From NCBI GenBank assembly GCA_043228905.1, contig JBHGNT010000014.1:9610001-9674000 (forward strand): a stretch of DNA of 64,000 nucleotides, in the 5' to 3' direction. A program made the translations under genes and the position numbers. Source of the stretch: Azolla caroliniana (lineage: Eukaryota > Plantae > Polypodiophyta). A model generated the notes under the pieces. It saw only the letters and a program-made list of their open reading frames with translations, searched no databases and was not told where the DNA came from. Shown here piece by piece: positions 25,701 to 37,291 of the stretch (position 1 is the stretch's first letter; each line of letters opens with the position of its first letter).

Positions 25701-26768
25701 CGGTATGTTCACACGGATCGGCAAGTTGCCGACATCTTCACCAAACCACTCGGATCGGACAAGTTGTAGCACTTAACCGAAATGCTTGGTGTTCAACATC
25801 TCGACGTGCCACACTTGAGGGGAAGAGCGGGCAAAGACACTGGAACAGGCAAAGGCAAAGAGACTGCCGATTGCGTTGGTGAGGGAAGAATAGAAGGCGG
25901 CAGAGTCAAGAAGGACAGAGCTGACCGAAGGAAGAAGGCCAAGACCCGGACATGGTCCGATGTGGTGAAGGGCTTGGAACCAAAAGACGAATTGGGAGCA
26001 ACCGATTCAGACAAGAGCTGGAACAAATCGGAGACAGTCAATTCGGTTCAATAGACAAATTCGGAAGAACCGGATCAATTCAAGGCCAAGCAGACACAGA
26101 TGTAGCGGAAGTCGATGCCATCGCGGAGGAACCAACGGATCAGCAAGCACCAGAGTCATAGTAGCAAAGGAGCTGAGAGGGGCCTATTGAGTAGACATAC
26201 CGATCGAGAAGATCGAGGCACGCAGAACAAGAGGGGTCGCGGCAAACAGAACCAGACCGGACGAGGAGCGCGAGCAAGGCGGAGTGACGCCAAGAGAAGT
26301 CGTTTGGAAGAAACGACTGCCACAGAGACTGACACTAGGATCCAACCTCAAGTTGAGCTTGAGGGGGAGTGTTGAGCGGCAAGCGCAACTGGAGCTGGAT
26401 CTGCTGGATAAGCCTGAGCCAGCAAGCGAGACGGATCGGTAAGCCGTGAGCAACCGAGCCAGCAAGCAACAGAGCCGGTGAGCTGGGGAGCCGGTTAGCC
26501 AGATCCAATGGGTAACCGGAAGCCTAGTATTAGTTTAGACTACTAGGCAATTATAGTCTCGTAGTAAGTGTCAGAAGCTCGTGTGAGCATTGAAGTACGC
26601 GGTACTTCTGTTAGTCCCACGAGGACTTGTATAAATAGTGCTACTGAGCACAGTTGTAAATGACAGAGTAATTATATCGTTTTTGAATATAGCTTTTACG
26701 TTTTGCTCTTTCTGTCTGTCTCATATACTTTCTCTGTTTTCTAACGCTTCTGCAAGTAATCGTTTAAA
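19731..26768 (+). mobile_element. Full-length degenerate Ty1/copia element
   Basis: LTRs 19731-20072 and 26370-26768; TSD GAGAG (19726-19730 and 26769-26773); PBS TGGTATCAGAGC 20073-20084; PPT GAGGGGGAG. gag-PR-IN-RT-RH order with stops and frameshifts. Confidence 0.95.
21236..22635. mobile_element. Probable solo LTR (1.4 kb) inserted in the copia protease region
   Basis: TG...CA termini and a 4-bp TSD CCGG (21232-21235 and 22636-22639). Removing it restores LEKPDQPGVVE. Contains AACCGG and GCAACTAAA tandem repeats and a TATA-like stretch at ~22190. Confidence 0.75.
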
Positions 26769-28570
26769 GAGAGTCTTAAGAAGGAATTCACATCAGCTCC
26801 TATTCTAGCTCATGCTGATCCGACAAAACCTTTCATCATTGAGGCAGACATGTCAGATTTTGCGTTGGGTAGCATTCGTTCACAACAAGGCGATGAGGAA
26901 AAGCTACATCCTATGGCTTTCCACTCACGCAAGTTTGACGCCACCAAAATCAACTATGAAATTCATGATAAAGAGCTATTAGCTATAGTGGATTCTTTCA
27001 CGCAATGGAGGTATTTTCTAGTCTAGGGATCTTCTCATCAAGTCACCGTATTCAGTGATCACAAAAATCTTGCCTACTTCCAGAATGCTTGTGTATTAAA
27101 TAGACGTCAAGCTCGGTGGGCCAAATTCCTCACTCGTTTTGACCTCACAATTTCATATCGTCCTGGGAAGCAACAAGGGAGGGCAGATGTGTTATCGCGA
27201 TGCTTGTATCTAGCACCGCATCCTGTTGAACCAACATTCGAGAACCAAAAACAAGTAATCCTAGGACCGGCACGAATGCAAGCAATATGGGTTTTCGATA
27301 TGCCATTGGATTCCTACATTATCGATACCATACGTGAGGACTTGAAGATAGATGCTTTCGCTCAAGCCAATAATCCAATTTATCACATGGGCGAGTAGTC
27401 TTGATGTGTCGTCGTAATAGCCATACCCAATCTCCAATGTTAAAACTGGACGGAAGCCGATGACGATCCACATAATCATTGTGTGTTTGTTGAGCTTGTT
27501 GTAAATGAGTAGATAAATCCACATGTATCTTGCGTAACCGTTCTAAATGATCCTCTGCACAAGGATTTGTGGATGATATCCCGTATAAGCATAAAATGGT
27601 GTAACCTTAGTCGATGAGTGGACAGAGTTATTATACGCAAATTTGGCAAACTAGAGAATATCCGCCCAGTCATCTTGGTGATAGCTTAGAAAACACCGAA
27701 GATATTGTTCCAGGGTTTGATTTATTCGTTCTTTTTGTAGAGAGATTACAAGTGACCTTGAGCATTTTGAAGAGGTGCTTCTAGAATTTCGAGACGAACT
27801 AGGGTCCACGGTCGCTAATGATACTATCGGGGAGGCCATGATGCCGACATACCTCACGCATGACAGTTTCGGGGGTTTCTTCACTAGTGATTTCCTTAGT
27901 ATATGGCAAGAAATGGGCCATCTTCATATATCGATCTACTACTGGTTAGATCGCATCGAATCCCTTAGAAACTGGAAGATTCGTGATGAAATCTAGAGCA
28001 ATGGATTGCCACAACTTGCTTGGAATTGGTAATGGTTGCAATAAACCATATGGATGATGTCTTGGCATCTTTGCTCTACAACATGTATCACATGTTCGAA
28101 CATAATCTTCAACAAATCGTTGCATATGGGGCCACCAGAATGATCGTTGTACTAAATGTAACGTTTTAGTTCTACCAAAATGCCCAACTGTATATGTTTC
28201 ATGACAATTTTGGACTACTTGAAGGCAGCAAGAACCATTAGGAACATACAAGAGCTTCTTAAAGAATAGTAATCCATTATGATATTCGAATTGTCGATAA
28301 TCCGTACCTGGTTGTTGCAACTGTGAACAAGATGCCCGAGAGGGATCACTACCTCAGCAACTACGGATACATCCGATATTTCGTAGTTCTCTTCTAGAAC
28401 CCTATCAGGACAACACTATCCCAAGTCGTATCAAACCACCTCCACCTCCGATCGAACTTGAAGATGGACTTGAGTATGAGGTTGCTACCATCATCGATTC
28501 CAAGATTGTTCGCAACAAGCTCTACTATTTGGTTGATTGGCTACGATATAGCCCTAGTGAGCGTACTTGA

Positions 28571-29343
28571 TAGCAATGCGCCTGATTCGGTTTCTTAGCC
28601 TTGAAACCAAACCAAACAATTTATTAATAATAAAAACCGAACCAAACTATTTTAAAATTTATGAAGCCATTTAGAGCCAAACCGTTAACCCAAACCGTTT
28701 AAAGAATAGGAGAAACCAAACCGTTTACGAAAAATTTAAAACCAAACCAAACTGGTTTATCATAAATCAAAACCAAACCAAACCAAACCAAACCATTTTT
28801 TATTAATATTAATCATCATACTTATTATAAATTTGTGTGAGAAAATCATCATAAATTTTGTCATCATACTTATCATAAAAATTGTCATTATACTTATCAT
28901 AAAATTTGTCATCATACTTACCATAAACTTGGTCATTATACTTATCATAAATTTGATCATTATACTAATCATAAGTTTGATCATCATACTTATCATAATT
29001 CATCATCATAAATGAAAAGGAGACTCTACATATAATACATATAAAATTTAATAAGTTAAAACAAGAGTTTAAAATTAAAAGTTAAAAGTTAGAGCCTATA
29101 GAGTATATTTTTTAGTATTTTTTAACCTATAAACCTATAAACCTTTAAACTGAACCACATAAATAGAAACCGATAAGCCGATAAACCAATAAACTGATAA
29201 AGCAGTAAATTCAAAACCGAACTGAAATCGATTAGTAACATTTGAAACCAAACCAAACCGTTTATTTATCTTTGAACCTATAAACCATTAAGCCATGGTT
29301 TTTCAGTTCGTTTCGGTTTGAGCCGAAACTGGGCCCATTGCTA
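28571..29343. mobile_element. hAT-type MITE inserted in the chromodomain coding sequence
   Basis: TIRs TAGCAATGCGCC / GGCCCATTGCTA, 8-bp TSD GTACTTGA/GTACTTGG, AAACC subterminal repeats and an internal ~24-bp ATCAT-rich tandem array. Confidence 0.85.
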
Positions 29344-30057
29344 GTACTTGGGAACCAATAGAGAATGTGACCAATGCTAATGCTCTTCTTGAAGACTTCC
29401 ATCGTCAATATCCAGACAAATCGGGTCCTCAATCCAAAACGACTCATGACCTTATGTTACATGGGTGGAGCCCTTGCCATTAGACTATATATTGTAATAA
29501 GAAGGATATTATTTTCATTTATTTTTTCACTATAGAAAATTGATGTATATTTCTAGATTTCTTTGGAACATTCTAGAAACTTCAGGAGTATTCCTGAAAA
29601 CACTATAAAAGGAGGCACAAGGCATTATTTTGAACCAAATCGGTTCAACACCAATCTTAAGCCTCATAGCTATTCTTGTACTTACTCTTCATATAATATA
29701 ATATATCTTTTGTTAACATCATTCTCTCTCTCTCTCCTTCTCTCATGAGTCGTACACCCTTTTCTCTCTCTTATTACTAATTTGCATCTTTTAGTACTAA
29801 TTCCCTCTTTGTCTTAGTATTGTTCCTGACAACAGAAAACGAAGAACAAAAAAGAAAAATAGAAGGACACAATTTTAACGTGGAAAACCTGAATAGGAAA
29901 AACCACGTGGAGTCCACAAATTCCAAACTAAATCGCTATGTTGAGAGGAAGTACAATAATAAACTTTGAGGCAATGACCCTGAGATCTTCTTCGTCTGAC
30001 ACAGAGACGGTTATAGAGTACACATTCACTAACTCTCACTCTATCTCTCTCACATAG

Positions 30058-32629
30058 TTATGGAGAAAGAAATGCGGCACTCGATGCCAACGACACATGG
30101 GACCTCGTTGACCCTCCCCGACACTGTAAACGGATCAGTTGCAAATGGGTGTACAAGGTAAAGTACAATACCGACGGTTCGGTTAGCCTGTACAAGGCCT
30201 GGTTAGTGGTGAAGGGCTACGCACAGACCCATGGAATCAACTATGACGAGACCTTTGCTCCGGTAGCGGAGATGACGACGGTTCATGTGGTACTGGTGGT
30301 TGCTGCGGCAAGGGGCTAGCATCTTCACCAGATGGACGTGAAGAATGCGTTTTTTCAAGATGACCTTGAAGCACAACTCTATATGATCCAACCTCCCGGT
30401 TTTCAATCGGCGATGAACATGTTGGCGGTGTGCCGTCTGAAGAAGTCGCTTTACAGTCTGAAACAAGCCCCCCGAGCTTGGAATGCAAAGATCATGCACC
30501 AGTTGTGTAAGATGGGGTTTGTGACCTCTAAATCCGACTCATCAATGTTCATCTGGCAAGGTCTGGACGGTCCGGTTTGCATCTTACTTTATGTAGATGA
30601 TGTAGTCATCATTGGTCCCGGACTCAATGAAATCGGCCGTGTCAAGGCCCAACTGTCGAACGCATTTGAGATGAAGGATCTAGGGGACCCTCATTATTTC
30701 CTTGGGATCGAGGTGATCCGAACCCCCGACAACATATTGCTCTCACAATGACACAATGTGTTGAAAAGTTCAGCATGACAGAATGTCGACCTATCTCCAC
30801 ACCCTTGGACTGGAACCAGAAGCTCCGTCCCAACTCCAGAATGGCCTGCGATGAGAAACGGTTCCGACAAATAGTCGGAAGCCTGATATACTTGACAATC
30901 ACCCGACCCGACATCAGTTATTCGGTTAGTGTGATTAGCCAGTTTATGCAGAAGCCGACCGTGGAGCACCTTTAGTGCACGTGTCGAATATTGCGGTATG
31001 TGAGCGACATGAAGGATCGGGTATTGTTATACCGGCATGGTATAACTGAAGAGCTAGTCAAATACACAGATGTCGACTGGGCTGGTGATGCATTGAATTG
31101 CTGATCCACCTCCGGTTATATGTTTTCTCTAGGTAACGTGGCTGTTGCATGGAGCAACAAAAAGCAGCCAACAGTGGCTTTGTCGAGCACTGAGGCGGAG
31201 TATCGGGGCACTACCAATGCCACCTATGAAGCCATTTGGCTTCGACGACTGTTGTGGGATCTCCGGATCGAGGTGCCGATCCTGATCCTAATCTACTGCA
31301 ACAACATGAGCAACATACAGCTCGCCAAGTTCCATGCTCGAACAAAGCACATAGAAATGCATTATCACTTTGTGTGTGAGCAGTCCTGAGCGGTGAAGTC
31401 GAACTTTGGTATGTTTAGACGGATCGGCAGGTTGCCGACATCTTCACCAAACCGCTTGGAACGGACAAGTTGCAACACTTCATCGAAATGCTTGGTGTTC
31501 AGCATCTTGACGTGTCGCAATTGAGGGGGAGAACGGACACGGGCAAAGGCAAAGAAACCGATGCCATAACGGGCAAAGGCAAAGAAACTACTGATGGCAT
31601 CAGACAAGGAACTGGAAAGGGAAGAACCAACAAAGGGGGAGACAAAGGGAAAAAGAAGTTGAGTCGACGAAAAAAGTCAGCACATCCAAAGAAGTCAGAA
31701 CGAGCGGCAATGGCGGTAGAGTCAAGAAGGACAGAGCCAACCGGAAGGAGAAGGCCAAGACTCGGACAAGGTTTGATATGGTGAAAGTCTTGAAACTTGA
31801 AGAAGAGTTGGAGAACACCGATTTAGACAAGAGCCAGAATGAATTGAGAGCGATTGATTCAGACATGAGCTTGAGCGAATCGAAGGAAACTGATTCAGTT
31901 CAAGATTTGGAGAAGCCGGATCAACTAAAGGCTAAGCGGACACGGGGCAGTGGAAGTCGACGCCAACACGAAGGAACCGACGGGTCAACAAGCGCTAGAG
32001 TCGCAGCAGTGAGTGAGCTGAAATGGGCATGTTGAGCAGACAAGCTGACTGAGGAGGTCGAGGTGCGTAGAACTAGAAGGGTCGTGGCAAATAGGACTGG
32101 ACCGGACGAGGAGCGCGAGCAAGGTGGAGCGATGCCAAAAGGATCCAGGTAGAAGAACCGCCTACCACGGACACTAACACCATGATCCGACCTCAAGTTG
32201 AGCTTGAGGGGGAGGGAGTGTTGAGCGAGCAAACTCAACCGGATCCGGATGGTATTCGGAAACAACCGGCTGGATCAAGGAGACGGATCGGAGAGCCGGA
32301 TTCGAGCGGGAACCGGAAGCCTAGTAGTAGCCTAGACTACGAGGTAATCATTATCTTGTAGTTAGTGTCAGTCGCACGTAGGAATATTGAAGTACCTGTT
32401 AGTACTTCTGTCAGTCCTTTATGAACTTGTATAAATAGTGCTATTTAGCACGTTGTATGTACAGAGTTTTAGAGTTATTTTGGAATCTACATTTACGTTC
32501 TTCTCTCTCAGTCTCTCCCATGCGTATACTCTCTGTGTATTAAGCTTCTGCATTAAACCTTCATCTTATTCTCTGTTGCTATCCGACTGAGCCGGTTCTA
32601 TCTAACGCTTCCACATGTTAACATTCACA
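30058..32629 (+). mobile_element. 5'-truncated Ty1/copia (RT, RNase H, 3' extension, 3' LTR), related to 19731-26768
   Basis: MDVKNAFFQ, YVDDV and LSSTEAEY motifs; PPT at 32205-32218; LTR 32219-32629. Confidence 0.88.
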
Positions 32630-33183
32630 CCTTTCACAAATGGAAGGATCGTGCATTCTACTTATAGATTCCTTTTATAATCTTGTGATTTTAGATAGTT
32701 TTCAAAAACTTGATACACCAGTATCAAATGTTTTAAATAGCATATAAAATTTGCTGATTTTTTGAAATTTAACTAGTGTCAAAATGATAATTTCTAAAAT
32801 TGAATAGTTTTTCTATAAATGTTTAAACGTTGTTGGTCTATAGATATGAAATGTGGTTAACTTAAAGAAAATCACAATGGTTAACTCAAGGCACAAGTTA
32901 AGATTAATGGTTTTCACCATCTTGCGGAGATATAGGTTCTAGAAGTGGAAGTGAAATCTATTATTAGACTTGGAAATGTTTTAAGTATAAGAGGTAACAC
33001 TATAATCCTTATCATCTATAAATTTAGTGCTCATCAACATCCATTAATTCACAACTCAAGAAATGTAGAGAATATTCATAAATAGTTTTGATAAATTCAC
33101 AACTCCAAAAATGTAGACAATATTCATAAACTATCAAAACTGTCAAACTTAGATGTGAATATTAATATATCAATTTGAACATA

Positions 33184-34380
33184 TCACATAGTTATCAGGA
33201 TATCCACATTGCTGTCCTCTTCTTCCTTTTGAGAACTCCCCTACAAAATTTGTGTAGTATTATCTTCTCCACATAGGCTAGCAATGGTAGGGTTCTCAAA
33301 TAGCTCGTTGACAAAATCAACAAGCTAGCTAGGTTCACCATCTAATGGAGGAATAGGTTCATGGCATGTAGATTGAAAATGTTACGGCTTTAATCCTGAT
33401 GTTAATGAAACTCACTTGCTCATCATCCTTTTTAAGTGCAACAGTATTTATGAATAGTACACATGAACAATTTAAAATGAAGATTGCTCTAGCTACACAT
33501 AAACTATATTGATTTCTAAAGGCATAGCAAACAAAGTTATAATAATTTATCCGAGCCAGAGAACAAATCTAGTATCCAATCTCCTTCATTAGAGAACATT
33601 TGAAATGACAAATATCAATATTAAGTAGAATATATTGATGGGAAAATCAAAACTCTCCATGTACAATAAATATTCGTACTAAGCAAGGTTTTCTATCTCA
33701 TGGCAATGAGATATAAAGGCTTGTGCTATAGAGTATTCTTGGTCCATGCTATGGAATACGACAATTCTCCAAAAGGATATTGTCTGTGTGAAAGATTTCG
33801 CCATCTTCTCAAGTTGTTTGAACATAAATGGTTCATCATCGTAAGTTGATCCAACCATACAAAATCCATATGGTATGTCAACAATCAATAATATGTATTT
33901 CTTCATTGGCAATATGTGTATCATCTCAGCCATATCACCACAATACACATTATAGTATAAATCCTGTGTGATATCCTTTTTGTAGCTAAATTTCTTAAAA
34001 GTACCACCATCTTCTACACCATATGCCTTCACTAAATTGTAGTCATTTTCTTTCTACGCTCTTTCAAGATGCGCAAGAAATGATGTAGGAAAATCAAGAA
34101 TATCTTTAATTTCTCTCAATTTCTTACTATCACTATCTTGGTATATTATTGTTGAACATTATTTCTTTGCTCTCTGGATATACGTAGCTTCCTCATATTG
34201 AGTAGATTCTAAAGGCGAGTCTCGATTATTCAAACGAATTTTCTTGACCGTTGTCGTGAAGATTTTTGGCATTCTTTGCTCTCTGGCTATACATAGCTTC
34301 CTCATATTGAGTAGATTCTAAAGGTGAGTCTCGTTATTCAAACGAATTTTCTTGACCGTTGTCGTGAAGATTTTCGGCAA
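33184..34380 (-). pseudogene. Decayed beta-class N4-cytosine/N6-adenine DNA methyltransferase gene (N6_N4_Mtase-like) with introns
   Basis: VYCGDMAEMIHILPMKKYILLIVDIPYG (motif IV, DIPY 33879-33868); ENLA(W) at ~33680; MFSNEGDWILDLFSGSG (motif I, 33599-33551); NTVALKKDDEQVSFINIRIKA (motif II/III, 33448-33386); acidic tail to TGA at 33186-33184. Contains stops, a frameshift and internal deletions. Confidence 0.8.
34163..34375. repeat. Tandem duplication of ~106 bp in the 5' part of the MTase relic
   Basis: TTCTTTGCTCTCTGG...GTCGTGAAGATTTT occurs twice. Confidence 0.9.
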
Positions 34381-35474
34381 CGGTGTGAAAATCACGTGGA
34401 ACGAGGAAAATCAAGAAGGTGCAATATGTACATGTATGGAAGGGGTGATAGTTAATGTGCACGTGTGATGTGTGTTTAGGTGATCATTACACATATATAT
34501 ATAATAAGCCTAACACACACAATGAGGTGCAAGTAAAGGTTTTGAACCTTACACCTCCAAGATAGGAGGAAATAGACATACCATTAGACTACGTTGTTTC
34601 ATTTGAAAGTTAATTTTGTTCATTATACATTTCACACAAAATTGTTTGTACATGAGAGCTTAGATAAGGTACATGGTCATCATGCATCACATGTGATGCA
34701 TGAGCGCCAAATGGCGATCATGCATCGCATGCATCTCATGCATTGTATGTATGTACTACACCCTCACATGCACATATGCATGGGGGCATCTATATAAGAA
34801 GGAGAGAAAGAGAAAGAAAAGGGGGGAGACAATGTATGCAATCAATAATAACTAATAAGTTCTAGTTATCTCATTGGCAAGGTGTCTTCTATCTATATAT
34901 CAATTTATCTTTAATACTTCTCCCTTGCACTAGTCCTTCCATCGTTTCATTGCTTGCGCTAGTCCTTCCGCGGTTCCGTTATCTTGAACGATCCCATCAT
35001 CAATCCTCCATAACCACTAGCGGATAGAGGCCCGGTGCTTGTCCGCGGTTGTGAGGCGCACATCACGACGTTTGGCACGTGTGTCATGCACCACACGACA
35101 CCGTACGCTCATCTTCATTTTCAGTTGACCTTCTAGGGCCCGCAAGATCAAAAAATACAGAGAAACTCAATTATATGAACCAATAAGTGATTTCTAACAA
35201 CTTATATGTTTAAAGACAGATTAAGTCTAGTAAAGGGCTCTAAATGCCAAAAAGAGATGAGTAGATGTGAAATATCGCAAAAATTAATGAATTTTTGTTA
35301 AATAATATGCAAAACAAACATTAAATAGTGCAGCAAAAACACTCCCATCAAGAAAATTTTCTAATGGAAAATATTTGAAAAAAATAGAAATTAGTTACAA
35401 AAATAGAGATTATTTGTGAAAATATACATTTTATTCAACAACTCAATAATTTTAATAGTAGAACAGAGACTTCG

Positions 35475-36456
35475 TAGTACAATTCGATACAATGTATCAA
35501 GTTCATGTTGAAAACTCAAATTTTTACATAAGCTCGATACATTCTATCGAGTTCGTGTTCAAAAGTTGAGTTTTCAATAAGAACTCGATACATCATGTTG
35601 AAAAGCTAAGTTTTCAACAGGAACTCCGTACATTGTATCGAGTTTGTGTTGAAAAGCTTAGTTTTCAACATGAACTCGATACAATGTATCGAGTTCATCT
35701 TTAAAGTTTTTCTTAATTTTTTTCTATTTATTTTGGTTTTTTTAAAACCTTTTTTGAGCTTGAAGTGATACATCATGTTGAAAAGCTAAGTTTTCAACAG
35801 GAACTCAGTACATTGTATCGAGTTCATGTTGAAAAGCTTAGTTTTCAACATGAACTCGATACAATGTATCGAGTTCATCTTTAATGTTTTTCTTAATTTT
35901 TTTCTATTTATTTTGGTTTTTTTGAGCTTGAAGTGATGCATCATGTTGAAAAGCTAAGTTTTCAACAGGAACTCGATACAATGTATCGAGTTCATCTTTA
36001 AAGTTTTTCTTAATTTTTTTCTATTTATTTTGGTTTTTTTTTAAAACTTTTTTGAGCTTGAGTTGATGAAAAAAATACAATTTTCATCACAATTCGATAC
36101 AATGTATTGAATTCATGTTTAAAGTTTTTTCCCCAAAACAAACCCTAAAAAAAACTACAACAAATTGAAAACAATCAAAAAAAATATTTTAAAATTACTT
36201 TAAACATGAAGTCGATACATTGTATCGAATTGTGATGAAAATTGTATTTTTATCATCAACTCAAGCTCAAAAAAAAAAATCTTTTTTTTAAATGCGGGGA
36301 AAAAAACTCTAAACATGAATTTGATACATTGTATCAAATTGTGATGAAAACTCTACTTTTTACATCAACTAGATACAAAGTATGGAGTTCATGTTTAAAA
36401 ATGTTCTTTTTTTTCAAATAAAATAGTTTTTTTAAACATGAACTCGAATTGTACTA
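35475..36456. mobile_element. Foldback/MITE-like element built from palindromic units
   Basis: Terminal inverted repeats TAGTACAATTCG (35475-35486) / CGAATTGTACTA (36445-36456). Repeated palindromes GAACTCGATACA-A-TGTATCGAGTTC and TGTTGAAAAGCTAAGTTTTCAACA. Confidence 0.6.
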
Positions 36457-36829
36457 AAATCTTTGTTTTTACAAGAGGAAAAGAAGCATATTGCTAATGC
36501 AAAGAAGTATGTTACACAATAAGATACCTTATGGTGAACATGTTCTTCATTGATCAACGAAAAACCATTAATAATTATGTTGATCGTAATTGAACCTTGC
36601 AAATGTCGTTTATATGGTCTATAAAATATTATTGTGGTCTCAATCACCACTTGAAGCACTTAATGTTGATCTTCATAGTTTGGTCCATCCACAATAGAGA
36701 AGCATTTATGTGGAACCAAGGATGACAACACGAGCATAACTCAAGTGACAAGGAAACTTACAAGAACTCAAGGTGGGGATATTAATAACTACACATGTAG
36801 ATGACCATGACCTAGGGCACCAATTCTGT

Positions 36830-37291
36830 ATTGGTAAGTCTAAAGACAAAGACCAAGAAGTCAATGTTTATGAAGATACCATATGCCTCCGCTGTCGGGA
36901 GTTTGATGTACACAATGGTGTGTACCCATCTGGGTATCGGATATGCGGTCGGAGTGGTCAATCATTTCATGAGCAATCAGGGAAGAGAACACTTGACCCC
37001 GGTCAAGTGGATACTACGGTACTTGAAAGGCACCTCGAGCATGTGTCTCCGATTCGGCTCAAGAAAACCCTAACTTGAAGGATTCACAGATTCAGATATG
37101 TCAGCTGATGTGGATACAAGTCAGTCAACGTCCGGATATGTTATGAAATATGAAAGGGGAGCCGTATCGTGGTAGTTGAGGCTGCAGAAGTCCGTTGCAC
37201 TATCGACAACGGAAGCGGAGTACATGGCGGTTGTACAAGCTAGTAAAGAGGTAATTTGGATGAAGGACTTGATCAGAGAGCTAGGATCCAG
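36830..37291 (+). mobile_element. Ty1/copia RT/RNase H fragment
   Basis: IPYASAVGSLMY...ILRYLKGT, GFTDSD and VALSTTEAEY motifs. Confidence 0.9.

Larger units (their letters stand above)
12141..29831 (+). mobile_element. Chromovirus (Ty3/gypsy, Tcn1/Tf1-sushi-like) host element carrying nested insertions
   Basis: 5' LTR 12141-12558 starts TGTCA; 3' LTR ~29444-29831 ends TGACA with its 5' end deleted. TSD ACAAA/ACAGA. Gag 12632-13773 (TPMEID, CLYCGGPGHIAVNC), protease LLDSG, RT pieces 14374-14560 and 19310-19730, RNase H 26774-27368, inverted integrase 27369-28350, chromodomain YEVATIIDS..YYLVDW..T/WEP at 28474-29420. Confidence 0.92.

Noticed and set aside
28760-29015. ORFs 28760..28996 and 28833..29015 (Met/Ile-rich)
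   Set aside because: They are translations of a ~24-bp tandem repeat inside a MITE.
33679-34032. Bacterial contamination as the source of the MTase
   Set aside because: The motifs are separated by AT-rich intron-like DNA with a GT donor, are decayed, are duplicated locally, and are contiguous with plant TEs.
35475-36456. CRISPR-like array of palindromic repeats
   Set aside because: The sequences between repeats are themselves repeated rather than unique spacers, there are no cas genes, and the context is eukaryotic.
36457-36830. Possible transposase fragment (ORF 36432..36659) for the MTase-bearing element
   Set aside because: I recognised no DDE or other diagnostic motif; a profile search is needed.
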